A stretch of DNA of 64,000 nucleotides. Origin: Marsupella aquatica. Its lineage: Eukaryota > Plantae > Marchantiophyta. Positions 53,629-64,000 of the stretch are shown piece after piece. Position 1 is the first letter of the stretch. Every line of letters starts with the position of its first letter. The DNA lies in assembly GCA_973895155.1 (NCBI GenBank), contig OZ316896.1, positions 1,302,001 to 1,366,000 of the forward strand, in the 5' to 3' direction. The notes beneath the pieces are model-generated. The model was not told the DNA's origin and did not search any database. It worked only from the letters and a program-made list of their open reading frames with translations. Made by a program: the position numbers and the translations under genes.

Positions 53629-56395
53629 TTAACACTCTCGGATTCTTATCGACCTGGAAGGTGCCACACCAACCACGTAAGCATTCCAAGCATCTTCCTG
53701 TGAGAAACTATGGACCTCTTCATACTTGGCATTGATGTCTGATGCTTCCCCTTCTTCATGGCCCCTACCTTGCAGATCTGGCATCTCTCGGATCCAAAAG
53801 TGTACAGACTGGAAGCCTGCCTCTTCGAGGCACTCTCTTACTTCAGGTAGTGTCCATCTGGGAAGTAAAGGAAACCCGGATTAGCTCACCTCTCCTTTAA
53901 CATGTAAGCTCCAAGACAATGATTGGTCATTTTTCCAATTATCAGGGATCCGAAGCAAGTGAAGCAATTGAATGTATTTTCTGAGAAACAAATTGAGTCA
54001 TTCTCATCAGGCTGTGTGGTTGCCACTTACAAGCGCCAGTGGTAGGAGAAAGCATGCCGCAAAACGCCCTGATTTTTTTTCAGTCGAAAATGTAAGCTGA
54101 TCCTGGTAGTCCGAGTTATTACATCGAAGTCCTCTTGCTCCCATGTGTACTGCAGGAATTGAAACAAGGGAGCGTCACCTCATATCGCTCTCTGTATGTT
54201 GTCGTCTATATCATCCAAGAGCGTCTTCATTTGTACAATGCTTGTTGAGCATTGATTGAGCTCGAGCTCGAGCCCAATCAATTGTTTCACTTCCGGTAGT
54301 AGGAGCTCAATCAGAATTCTGATCGAATGTTCAATGGACTAAAAAACTTTCACGCTGATCATCTTTTGGAAGCATTAGTGGGGCCAAGCTTTGAGATAGC
54401 GTCTTCATTTGTACCATGCTGGTTGAGCATTAATTGAGCTCGAGCTCGACCCAAATCAATCTTTTGAAAGCATTAGTGGGGGCAAGCTTGAGAGAGCGTC
54501 ATTTGTACAATGCTCGTTGAGGATTAATTGAGCTCGAGATCGAGCCCAATCAATTGTTTCACTTCCGGTAAGAGGAGCTCAATCAGAATTCTTCTCAACT
54601 AAAGGACTTTAACACTGATAATCTGCTGGAAGCATTAGTGGGGGCAATGCTTGAGAGAGCGTCTACATTTGTACAATACTCGTTGAGGATTAATTGAGCT
54701 CGAGCTCGAGCACAATCAATTGTTTCACTTCCGGTAAGAGGAGCTCAATCAGAATTCTTCTCATCGTAGTTTCAATGGACTAAAGAACTTTAACACTGAT
54801 AATCTGCTGAAAGCATTAGTGGGGGCAATGCTTGAGAGAGCGTCTACATTTGTACCATGCTGGTTGAGCATTAATTCAGCTCGAGCTCGAGAACAATCAA
54901 TCTTTTGAAAGCAATAGCGGGGGCAAGCTTGAGAGAGCGTCTTCATTTGTGCAATGCTCGTTGAGGATTAAATTGAGCTCAAATTGGAAAACCAAAAAAC
55001 AGTTTGAAGGAAAAAGGCTCTTTGCTGACCTGAAAATCATCGAAGCGTCTCCGGAGTTTCAAGGCGCACTCAGACGACGCACCTCCGTAAAGGTCCATTG
55101 CAAATATACCTCCTGCTGTGCTAATAGCTTTCAGAGCTTCCTCGAAGTATTTGACCAAATCAGAACGCTTCTGAAGGCAGCAACAGCTGTAATTGAACGC
55201 ACATATCATGTCTGCTCCTGGTATATCGTGCTCTAAACCCGTTGGCTTTCCAATTTCTGAACCACACTCCTCGTCCAGGTTTTCGGCCTCCTCCTCGTCG
55301 GCATCTGGAGCAACTACTTGGTTGCTGAAATGAGAAACAGCTTTCGGATCTACTTGTTTCAAATGGGCCTTGGAAATAGGGTTTATCACATCGCCACAGA
55401 ATAGATGAACTCTGTTGTAAGCATCTGAACCAGCTTTGACAACGTTGTTTTGCAAACCCCACGTAAGAGCCTCCTCATCGAGATCTAAGCCCACAGCGGT
55501 CCGTCGAGTATCTCCACGAACCCATTCTGCACTGCCAATCCCAAACTGACATTCACAATTACGTCCTCCGTGAGCTATATCTAAGCGTTGCCTGAGTGGA
55601 TGGTTTTAGTCTGCTTAGACTGAGAAGACTGGAGTCCTGAAACTAGCTTGTCGACTCAGAAATTGGTACAATTTTAAGATGAATAATTAGAGCTTCAACG
55701 GACTCACTTTACAACAGCGACTTTCAATCCTTCTCGCAAAATCTGACTTCAAAAACAAGACGATATATTCCAAAACAAAAAGCAGAGACAACTCTCAGAA
55801 AATAGAAAACCCAACCATATGAGTGCAGTGCCACAGAAATCCTCCCGCAGATGGAGTGGAGTTCGGCCGCCAACGTAGTTCAAGAAGAATTTCTGGAGGT
55901 AGCTGATGTCTCCTTTAGGTTTCTGCTCGTCCAAGAAATAACGGCGACCCACATCATCAATGACTGTAAGGAAAAAAACAGTTCAAATGAATGGATGCAG
56001 GAAAATGCAGGACACTCACTCATAGCAATCTAAATCCCTTTGAACCACACCGTTATTTTCATTGTTAAACCAAACCGGCTCATGGTCTACTAAGCAAGCG
56101 TGCAGGTTCTTGAAATGGGTACGGCTCCGGGCAAATGCGTGCTGCAGTAGCTCACCTGGACAGCTCGTTGATACAGAGCATGCTTGTTTAGGAGGGACTC
56201 TTCACCGGCAGCAGGGCCTCGACCCACAACAACATCTGTTGTCTGTCCATCGTGTTCCTGATCAGACTCGCCATTTTGCTGTGAAACGTCGTCCTCCACA
56301 GCAGTAGCACCCTCTGTGGAAGAAATGAGGTAGTTGCTTGAAGAATACTTGCTATAGCTCCGCTGGGCCCTGGTCACTTTCCCATGCTTTCCCAT
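53629..56395 (-). CDS. Conserved class I SAM-dependent methyltransferase-like protein, about 5 exons
   Basis: 'KHALYQRAVQ|KPKGDISYLQKFF..LREDFCGTAL', 'AVGLDLD', 'ADMICAFNYS..GGIFAMDLYGG', 'YTWEQEDFD..AFSYHWRL|WTLPEVRECLEEAGF' and 'WNAYVVG'. Confidence 0.8.
54217..54982. repeat. Intronic modular minisatellite, about 6 units in long (~165-180 bp) and short (~98 bp) forms, with a palindromic core
   Basis: Recurrent GCGTC..CATTTGTAC.ATGCT.GTTGAG.ATTAATTGAGCTCGAGCTCGAG..CAATCAAT and AAGCATTAGTGGGGGCAA.GCTTGAGAGA. Confidence 0.9.
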
Positions 56396-58249
56396 GCCAG
56401 ACAATCCTTCGATGGATGAAAGCCGGTACAAAGTTCGTCCAGCGCAGCACAATGCAATTGAATCCCACGAAGAAAGCGTCAAATTCTAGATGTTGTCGAG
56501 GTCCTAAGGTACTGCAAGAATCAAACTCGACCCACACATCACAGGACTGTCCCACGGATGTCCCTATGCAAGTGACAGAATCAAGTCAAGCCAGTTTACT
56601 TAGGACTAATTAAAAACGAGGCAAAGTACAAAGTACAGAGTGTGAAGACCCCATCTATTCTGGAGCTTAGGAGCACTTTAGAAGACCTCGGGGGCACTTG
56701 GGCGTTTTTTACACCAAAGCAAACTGGAGGGCGTAGCTTAGGAGTACTTTACAAGACCTGAGGGGCACTTGGGAGTTTCTTCACACACTGGAGGGCCATT
56801 GCACACACTAAATATAGTGTCCAGGGCTAAAAGCATTTTTTGAATCATTTTATTGCCCCCAAGGTCTTGGAAAGCCAAGTGCAGCCAATGGTGCTAGATT
56901 AAGTTACTAAAAGACATATTGAGGACCCACTCCACTTGAATGTGACGTATTCTGGCTAAAGTCTTTTCTAGGTGTGAGAAGAGAAGGACTTGTGGGTCCC
57001 TTTTTAATGCAAATGATAAATGGTCCAAGAGGCCAAAAGAAGAGACCCCACCAAGAGAGGTGGACTAAAATCTAAGACAAAAGAGTGCTCCACATAAGCA
57101 AAAATTGGGCCCCACTACATTCCATGTAGGATTGGTAACAGGTTTGGTTGAAAGTGCCCCCTCCAACTTTTTGTAAAGTGAACAGCAACACTTTCTCCCA
57201 AATGGATGGCTCTGATCAGATCTTGGAGACAAAAAGAAGAAGTGGAAACTGCCCCCAATGTCTTGTAAAGCCACCCTTAGTATAATGCTCAAGACTTGAG
57301 CATTGATAATTTATCAAGTACCAAGCTAATTTTCCTGAGCTTTGTGTCTTTGTCCCTCCAGAAAGTCCCTAATGGAAATGTACAAGCTTTGACAGTCCCT
57401 AATGGAAATGTACTAGCTTTGACTGGCCCTGATGGAAAATACTACAAGACAAAACATATGGCTGATTAAATTCTAGGCCAATGGGTGCGCCAGAATAAAT
57501 ACCAAACTTGTGCTCTAGCAATACCAACACTAGCAATATCATACTGAAAAATTTGGAACAAACTCATTAGGAGTGTATAGATGAAATGACAACTGTAAGA
57601 ACATTGTTGAACTTTCACTAGCCATAGGCCCTTAGAGATAAACATAAGCTTTCCATCCAATAAAGCATAATCCACAGCTGGGACAAGGGCCTATGATTTA
57701 GAGTGAATCATAATCCCAATGGCAAAGGAGCCCAATGGGGGGGGGGGGGAGGGCGCCAAGTAGAAAAGGGTATGGGATGTTACAGTGTCCCCTGCTTGAT
57801 TTCTGGAATACTTCCTTATCTACAGAATTGACATTTGTGTCCAGCCAAAGTTTAAACAGTCCTTTACCAAAGTTATTTAATCCCAAAAAACGAGATGCCA
57901 AGAAGATTTTTCTTTTTGGGAGAGCAATTATACAGCAAACTGCCAAAGAACAAAAAGGTCCCATAAGCACAACACCCAATAGAGCGGGGACAAAGGGGTA
58001 AACCCTCAGAAAACTAGAGAAAGTAAAATGCCCGTGAGACTCCAACCATAAGAGAAATTGGGAGGGAAACGCTCCATGGAACCCTGAACGGCAGAAACCC
58101 TGGCTAAACCACCGTCCAATTAGGCGTCCCCCGCCAAAACTGCGGAACCTTGCCTGTTCTTACCGCCCCCAACAACAGCGGAACCCTAACCCAGCCACTC
58201 GACATGGGAACATCTCCCCATCGAGACATTTGCAGAATTGTACACGAGG

Positions 58250-58660
58250 ACGGAACGAGAATTTCCGCTCGTGCAAAATCGTTTCTGCCTTTCCATTCTC
58301 CGATGTCTTGCGGGAAAAGGGGATTTCGGTGACGGTTTGGTGTGGTGCTGTTTCAAGAGATGGCAGTAGGAGTCCCGAGGTTGGGATGAGCGAAACGCGA
58401 ATTTCCCGTTCGTTGGAAATCGTTTAAGCAATTCTGTTCAGCGATGAGTTGCGGAAACAGGATTTTGGTTTCGGTTTGGTGTTCTGATTCCAGAGACGAC
58501 AGTAGGAGTCCTGAAGTTGGAGTGAGCGAAACGAGAATTTCCACTCGTGCTGAAGTGGTTTAAGCGATTCCATTCCTCCGATGAGTGCGGAAACAGGGAT
58601 TTTGGTCACGGTTTGGTGTTCTGCTTTCAGGGAGGACTGCAGGAGTCCCGACGTTGGAAA
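58250..58660. repeat. About three degenerate tandem units (~130-140 bp) directly upstream of the TFIIIA ATG
   Basis: GGATTT.GGT..CGGTTTGGTGT...G.AGGAGTCC.GA.GTTGG and AACG.GAATTTCC recur three times. Confidence 0.75.
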
Positions 58661-58722
58661 TGTTTTCCTTGAAGAAGCTGAGGAAGGACCTGTGATGTAC
58701 CAGCAACAAGAGCGGCGAGGAG

Positions 58723-61700
58723 ATGGGAGCGATGGCTTCTGAAGGAGAACGAAGGGAAGGAGGATTAAGTGAGGAGATCTGCGCGAAGACGATTTTTGAT
58801 AGCATTCTGGGGAAACGATTGATACGGGAAAGGCCTTCATCTCCACCTTGCTCTCCATCCGCCCCCCTTACGGAAGACGTCAGTCTTCGGAAGCTCAGAA
58901 AGGTACGATTCCTTGTTTCTCTCCCTCCCTCAACTCGTTCTCACACTTTTGCTCCATTCCGGAATTTTGAGATTGGTCTGTCTATGTCAAAATCCCTGGA
59001 ATTCCTTGTGCGTCTGGAGACCCTGAAAGACTACTGAAGCATGTAATAATTTTGCTAGTCTGCTCCTTTTAGTTCGTCCTGCGACTGTGTCTAGCTGTTG
59101 AATCATTTTGTGTCCCATCTTGTGCTGGAGTTCCTGGAGAACTGCAGCTTGTGTCCTCACACGTTTTAAAGTAAGTAATCTGATGCACGCAGGGTTGAGA
59201 TGCATGAATTGAAGCACTAGGATAGAAAGGTAGGAATGAAGCACCGGTATCGGATACCCTAATAGTGTGCTGCTTTCAGAGGCATCACTCAGAACTATTT
59301 ACTCATTTGTTCATTTGCTGTGGTGCTCTGATTGTTGTGTTTTGCGAGTATTCAGGCATATGCAAGGACAGTGAAAAGGAAAGTTGGCCCGGAACAGTAT
59401 GTGGACCGCAGCGGTTCAGAATCCGAATCGGAGGATGAGTTTGATTCCGAACATAGTTCTGATTCTCAGAGTTCGGACGAAGAGAGTTCCGGTGATGGAG
59501 ACGTCTCCGAGTCAGCAGGCGAGAGCAAGAAGAAGCAGCGGAAAATGAAGTTCGTCTGTCAAGAGTGTGGGATTAGAGTGAAGAAGCCTGCTCTACTCAT
59601 TCAGCACATGCGTTCACATTCGGATCAGGTTTTTATATCCTTTCGTCCTCAGTGTCATTTCTCAACAGTCACGTAGAGAGTTGGGTGAGTGGCTGCAAGT
59701 CTCATTTCTCTGTTTGAAGTGCTTGCTGTGTGGTAACCGCAGTTTAAGGCTGCAAATCAGCCAACAAAGTTCTGAATACTTGTAATTCATGTCTGGTCTC
59801 AGATTGGTGTGCTCAATAGTCACACGTCTCCCTTCAATTTCTCCTTCCGTTGAGAGGAACAAATCTGGCTCTCATTTCTGACACTATCGTCCGTTCAGTG
59901 TTGCAACTCAAACCAATTTATGATGCGGTCAAACAAGCGCTACAGCACCGGATCACATCTGAACTCCGCAGTTAAGCGCGCTTGGGCCAGATTAGTACTG
60001 GGGTGGGGGACCCCCTTGGAAGCCCTGGCTCTGCATCCTATCCCGTGAGGGATTTATTCACACACGACTCTGTGATGCGGTCTGACCAGCGCCGTGACAC
60101 CGGATCTCATCCGAACTCCGCAGTTAAGCGCGCATGGGCTAGAACAGTACTGGGCTGGGTGACCGCCTAGGAAGTCCTAGTGCTGCAGTCAGGTGACCGG
60201 TGTTAGACGACCCACTTGAATAAGGGATTCTACCTGTTTTGGACGATGGACTGAGTGGATGTCTCTGCTCTGTCTCTGGGTGAGTACAGAAGCCTTTTGC
60301 TTGTCCAGAGAGTGGCTGTGGTTGCGCATATAAGCGGAAGGACCACCTCAATCGTCACCTGAAGAAGCATCAGGGCGTGCTTTACTTTTGCTCACAACCG
60401 GGCTGCGATCAAAAGTTCACCCTGAACTCCAATCTTCAGCGACACCTGAAGCACCATGACGAGAGGAAAATTTTCAAATCTTCTGGAGAAACGACGCATA
60501 TTTGCTTGTGGCCCGATTGTGGCAGGACGTTCAAATACGCATCACTGCTACGAACCCATGAACTGCGAGTTCATGGTGAGTTTTTTTCGGCACCTATTTA
60601 CGTGGAGTAGCAGGAAGAGTTTAATTTCAGCGCGTTAGGAAGGAGCGTGCCCATCTGGCTCCTTCCTAAGTATTCACTCATAAACTAATCCTAGTTCTAG
60701 GAAAATTCGGAGCACAGAATGAGGGTTCTAATAGTTTTCTTGGAGCAGGTTACGTTTATCTCTTAGCCGATCGTTCTCGAGGTTTTGAGGGAACCGGTTT
60801 CCTGTGTGTTCAAATTTACCTTAGCTCTAATCTAATAGACTTGGGAAACGCAAAAGTTTCAATGAAGCTGCCTCAGTGGTTCGTCTTGACCCCATTTCTG
60901 TGGATAAGTGCAAAGATTTTGATCTGATTTATCTCAGTATCGCTGCCTCCTTGATTTGCAGAGAAACTTGAATATGCTGAGCTTATTTGCATGTACCCTG
61001 GCTGCGGAGATAATTTCTCAAGCGAGAAAGCCCTTCTGGAGCACGCAGAGACTTCCCATCCATACCTTCTGTGTGAAGTGTGCGGAGAAACTATTCCCAG
61101 GAAGTCCTTCTTGAGGCATGCACGAACACATGGAACAAGAGTGCCTCGTGAAGTTGTTTGCCCTCATGATGGCTGCGGAAAAACCTACAGCAGGGTGAGT
61201 TTTGTCTCAACTCGCAGTGTTTATGACGGTACATCACTTCTTATCAGATTGTTTATGTTGAGCAATTTGAGCGTGGCTAATATCACGTCCACCTCCATGA
61301 GGATACTAAGCCGTGCCTACAGGAATCAAATCTAAAAGTACACGTGCAGTCTGTGCATTTAAATTCAAAGCCTTTTATTTGCTCCCACGAAGGTTGCCAC
61401 AGAACATATGCTCACAAGGCAGCGAGAGATAGACATGAGCAGTCGGGGCCACATTCTCTACCCAGAGTAAGTTGAACCGACCGTCTATAAAGTCAAACTA
61501 TTTAGACTGTGCTTGGAACTGGAAGTCAATAGTTATCAACAGTTGATACCTTCAAGAACAGCTTCTTGATTAGGTTCGTCGTCTTACCTCCACAGAGTAT
61601 TTACAGTTCTTCAAGTTGGATGGGGTAAATTTGGTCGGTGTGCAGCACCCTAGCCGGTAGAGCCGCAATGTGTGATTATAATTGAATTGACCGATCCTGA

Positions 61701-61841
61701 GGAAATTATTTGATGCAGGTTGATTTTCAAGACCAGGACGAATTCCATTTGTCAAGGCCAAGGGGTGGCAGGAGGCCGGTAGCATTTGACGAGGTTGACA
61801 CATATTTGAAGAAAAGAAGGGTGGACGACCCAAGTCTGTAG
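58723..61841 (+). CDS. TFIIIA: Transcription factor IIIA (5S rRNA gene factor); exons approx. 58723-58902, 59356-59628, 60290-60575, 60962-61194, 61323-61466, 61719-61841
   Basis: Eight C2H2 fingers including the plant TFIIIA signatures 'CQECG..KKPA.L.QHM.SH' and 'PFAC..C..AYKRKDHLNRHL..H'. C-terminal 'DFQDQDEFHLSRPRGGRR..KKRRV'. 5S-like elements in intron 2. Confidence 0.9.
59921..60038 (+). ncRNA. 5S rRNA mimic, copy 1, in TFIIIA intron 2 / cassette exon
   Basis: TGATGCGGTCA..GCACCGGATC.CATC.GAACTCCGCAGTTAAGCGCGCTTGGGC.AG..TAGTACT.GG.TGGG.GACC..TGCATCC is collinear with plant 5S rRNA. No oligo-T terminator follows. Confidence 0.88.
60073..60191 (+). ncRNA. 5S rRNA mimic, copy 2, in TFIIIA intron 2 / cassette exon
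   Basis: TGATGCGGTC..ACCAGCGC..CACCGGATCTCATCCGAACTCCGCAGTTAAGCGCGCATGGGCTAGAACAGTACTGGGCTGGGTGACCGCCTAGGAAGTCCTAGTGCTGCA; followed immediately by CAG|GTGACC. Confidence 0.88.
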
Positions 61842-62219
61842 TATAGATTGCCATTCGTACAATAGCTGCAAAGGGATTTCGATTGGTTTCTACGGGAGGT
61901 TTTGTACACAATGAGAGTTCGAAGCAAAATTTTTTCTGAGGCTAATTGTTGCCCTTGTCTCGGGTCTTGGATATGTTGGGCAAATGTCTTTCTCCAAAGC
62001 CCAGTTTTGTACAATTTTCAGCCTAATTGGCCCTTGTTGACTAACTAAAACAGTTTTGTCGAAGTAAAGGATTACCCTTGGATACTTGAGAACATCACAA
62101 ATCAAATGTTGCACGAAGTCGGACTGATGTATAATGCGTGACAAGACTTACACGTTGAATACTAACTTTGAACTTTGCCATTCACAAACGCGCAATTAAA
62201 ATAAATATGCGTCCAATAA

Positions 62220-62428
62220 CGTGTGTTTACCGAGATCTCTCGGGCTGTTCCCTTCTGAGGTCTCCCATATCCAGTTCCCCAGGACGAGAACCTCAAAGTC
62301 CTGCTGTTGGAGTAAAAATAAATATTCCCCCAAGAATGTGTGTTTACGGAGATCTCTTGGGCTATTCCCTTCTGAGGTCTACCATATCCAGTTCCCCAGG
62401 ACGAGAACCTCGAAGTCCTGCTGTTGGA
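62220..62428. repeat. Two-copy direct repeat, unit about 118 bp
   Basis: GTGTGTTTAC.GAGATCTCT.GGGCT.TTCCCTTCTGAGGTCT.CCATATCCAGTTCCCCAGGACGAGAACCTC.AAGTCCTGCTGTTGGA occurs twice. Confidence 0.9.
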
Positions 62429-62899
62429 TGGTTGTTATTACTCTTTGTTGTGTCACGATGAACATCGTTTTGCCACATCAGATGTACGCGTCCTCAGTAT
62501 CTCTTATTTACATTGCTAAGTGATGAAAGGAACCACCACCACGCGATCATGTGAGAATGCTTGACCGATTGATGGTTTTAACTTCAGATATGCCAGGATG
62601 GTAGGGATTTGACTCGGCTGGCTCTTTTCTCCGCAACATGAACCTTCAGTCGTGATCTGCCCAGACCCCTACCAGGAAGTCTACAAAGCTCCTTAACGAT
62701 CCGGGGTCATAGCCTATCATTATTAAACATCCCAATGTTTTCGGTGGCAGTTTTCCCACTGATCCTTCATGGCGCTCGGCCTGTTCTTAGCTGAAGCGCT
62801 CAACCAACCGCAATTCACTGGCCTGGCATTTCACGCCAAGGAAGCAGCAGAGGCAGAGTACAATGTTGGGACAATAACGCGACTCTCTGATTGCCGGTA

Positions 62900-62988
62900 T
62901 CGCTTCGAGGCCAGAAGTCGACAATAACGCTACTGCTCTGATTGCCGGCTTCGCTTCGAGTTATTGTCGACTTCTGGCCCCGAAGCGA
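62900..62988. repeat. Inverted repeat with 29-bp arms and 31-nt spacer
   Basis: TCGCTTCGAGGCCAGAAGTCGACAATAAC versus GTTATTGTCGACTTCTGGCCCCGAAGCGA, 28/29 complementary. Confidence 0.9.
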
Positions 62989-63348
62989 AGTCGCTCTTGA
63001 GGCCGCCATCTACTTTGCTCACTTAACCACCTATGAAGCGAGTGGCCACCGTCGAACTCAAGCTCAAGCTTAATCAAGCTCGACTGAGAAAACAGAAGCA
63101 AGAAAAAGCATTGATGTCGAAGATTTACTTGGGCCTCCACTAAACTTCAGTTTCGACTTCTCTAACTAAGGGTCTCAATTAAACAGATATCATACATGCT
63201 TCGCTAGAATTGAAATTCTTAGATCTATGAGTCGATGTTTAACCCAAAATACCATGTCACAAAATAAAGATCTTAAGTAGTGTGTAGTACATTATTCAAA
63301 CAAAAACGGTTCAAGTCTATTTACAATCAAACAAGCAAAGTCCACTAT

Positions 63349-63771
63349 TCAAGTGGCGGTAAATTCGTGAACTTGCTGCAAGTCAGCAATGATCCCCTCT
63401 ATCGAACCTATCAACGCAGCTAGGGTAACCAAAAAAGTCACAAAACTAAGAGCTTGCAATCCTATCCACAACTTGCTATATCTCTCAACCCTATGCTGTG
63501 CGCTATACATAGCTAAAGGAAAGTACACTGTAAGAGGCCAAAAACCGAGGGCTCCAATAATTCCTACAATGTCATTGAAAAAAGGTAACACCATCGCTAT
63601 AAGTGTCGTTACAACCACATATGCTGTCCTCCATGAAACTCTGAAAACATTTAGTTCAAAACCTCCACCTCTTGGCAATTTAATTGAAACTCCCTTGTCA
63701 AGAAATTTGTTTCCACCAAACCTCTTAGTTACAATCATCTCAACAAATTGGAAAACAGGCTGCGTGTAAAC
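63349..63771 (-). CDS. Amino acid permease (AAAP/AAP family), last coding exon; gene continues beyond the window
   Basis: 'VYTQPVFQFVE..LNVFRVSWRTAYVVVTTLIAMVLPFFNDIVGIIGALGFWPLTVYFP'; CAG acceptor at 63772-63774. Confidence 0.9.
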   Translation of the reverse strand, partial: VYTQPVFQFVEMIVTKRFGGNKFLDKGVSIKLPRGGGFELNVFRVSWRTAYVVVTTLIAMVLPFFNDIVGIIGALGFWPLTVYFPLAMYSAQHRVERYSKLWIGLQALSFVTFLVTLAALIGSIEGIIADLQQVHEFTAT

Positions 63772-64000
63772 CTGCATAACAAAAAACAAGTTAAAAATGA
63801 GAGTGATTGACTGAAACTTGATAATCGAATCCATATAAAGGACAACCAATAAGTTTTTTGGCAAAAGAAAAATCAATGGGAGACACGCAACAGAATGAAA
63901 AGTACCTGGTAAGCTCCCACAAGATGGAGGACAACACAAGCGTTGGCAAAATCTACCAACCAATATGGGCTCTCAAAACAAGTCAAGATATTGCCGCATA

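Noticed and set aside
54217-54982. CRISPR-like array
   Set aside because: Eukaryotic intron, the spacers are not unique, and there are no cas genes.
59921-60191. Functional 5S rRNA genes
   Set aside because: The copies are diverged from each other and from the plant consensus, lack an oligo-T terminator, and sit sense within a TFIIIA intron; better explained as mimics.
50111-61841. Functional cluster of ribosome-biogenesis genes (RRP1, TFIIIA)
   Set aside because: Two housekeeping genes near each other in a gene-dense genome is unremarkable without synteny or co-expression evidence.
63772-63963. N-terminal part of the 204-aa ORF 63349-63963
   Set aside because: Intron read-through; permease similarity starts only after the CAG acceptor.

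Overview
Gene-dense eukaryotic window with GT-AG spliced genes, most likely from a land plant (a non-seed lineage is an inference only). Genes in order: COG1 (-), eIF3f (-), TMEM18 (+), separase/ESP1 (-), RRP1/Nop52 (+), a SAM-methyltransferase-like gene (-), TFIIIA (+), and the last exon of an amino acid permease (-). Between COG1 and eIF3f is a decayed CRE-like non-LTR retrotransposon (reverse transcriptase plus restriction-like endonuclease). It is split exactly at its RT catalytic motif by a 4,664-bp insertion with a 5-bp TSD, which carries one decayed ~1,200-codon ORF and no recognisable mobility genes. The most striking observation is in TFIIIA intron 2: two tandem, near-full-length 5S rRNA look-alikes with compensatory base changes, inside a putative stop-containing cassette exon. 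This resembles a doubled version of the known plant 5S-mimic splicing switch. Also seen: a separase uORF derived from a duplicate of the gene's own start, a TFIIIA with only eight visible zinc fingers, a palindromic intronic minisatellite, and a 29-bp-stem hairpin. All alignments and exon boundaries were read by eye.
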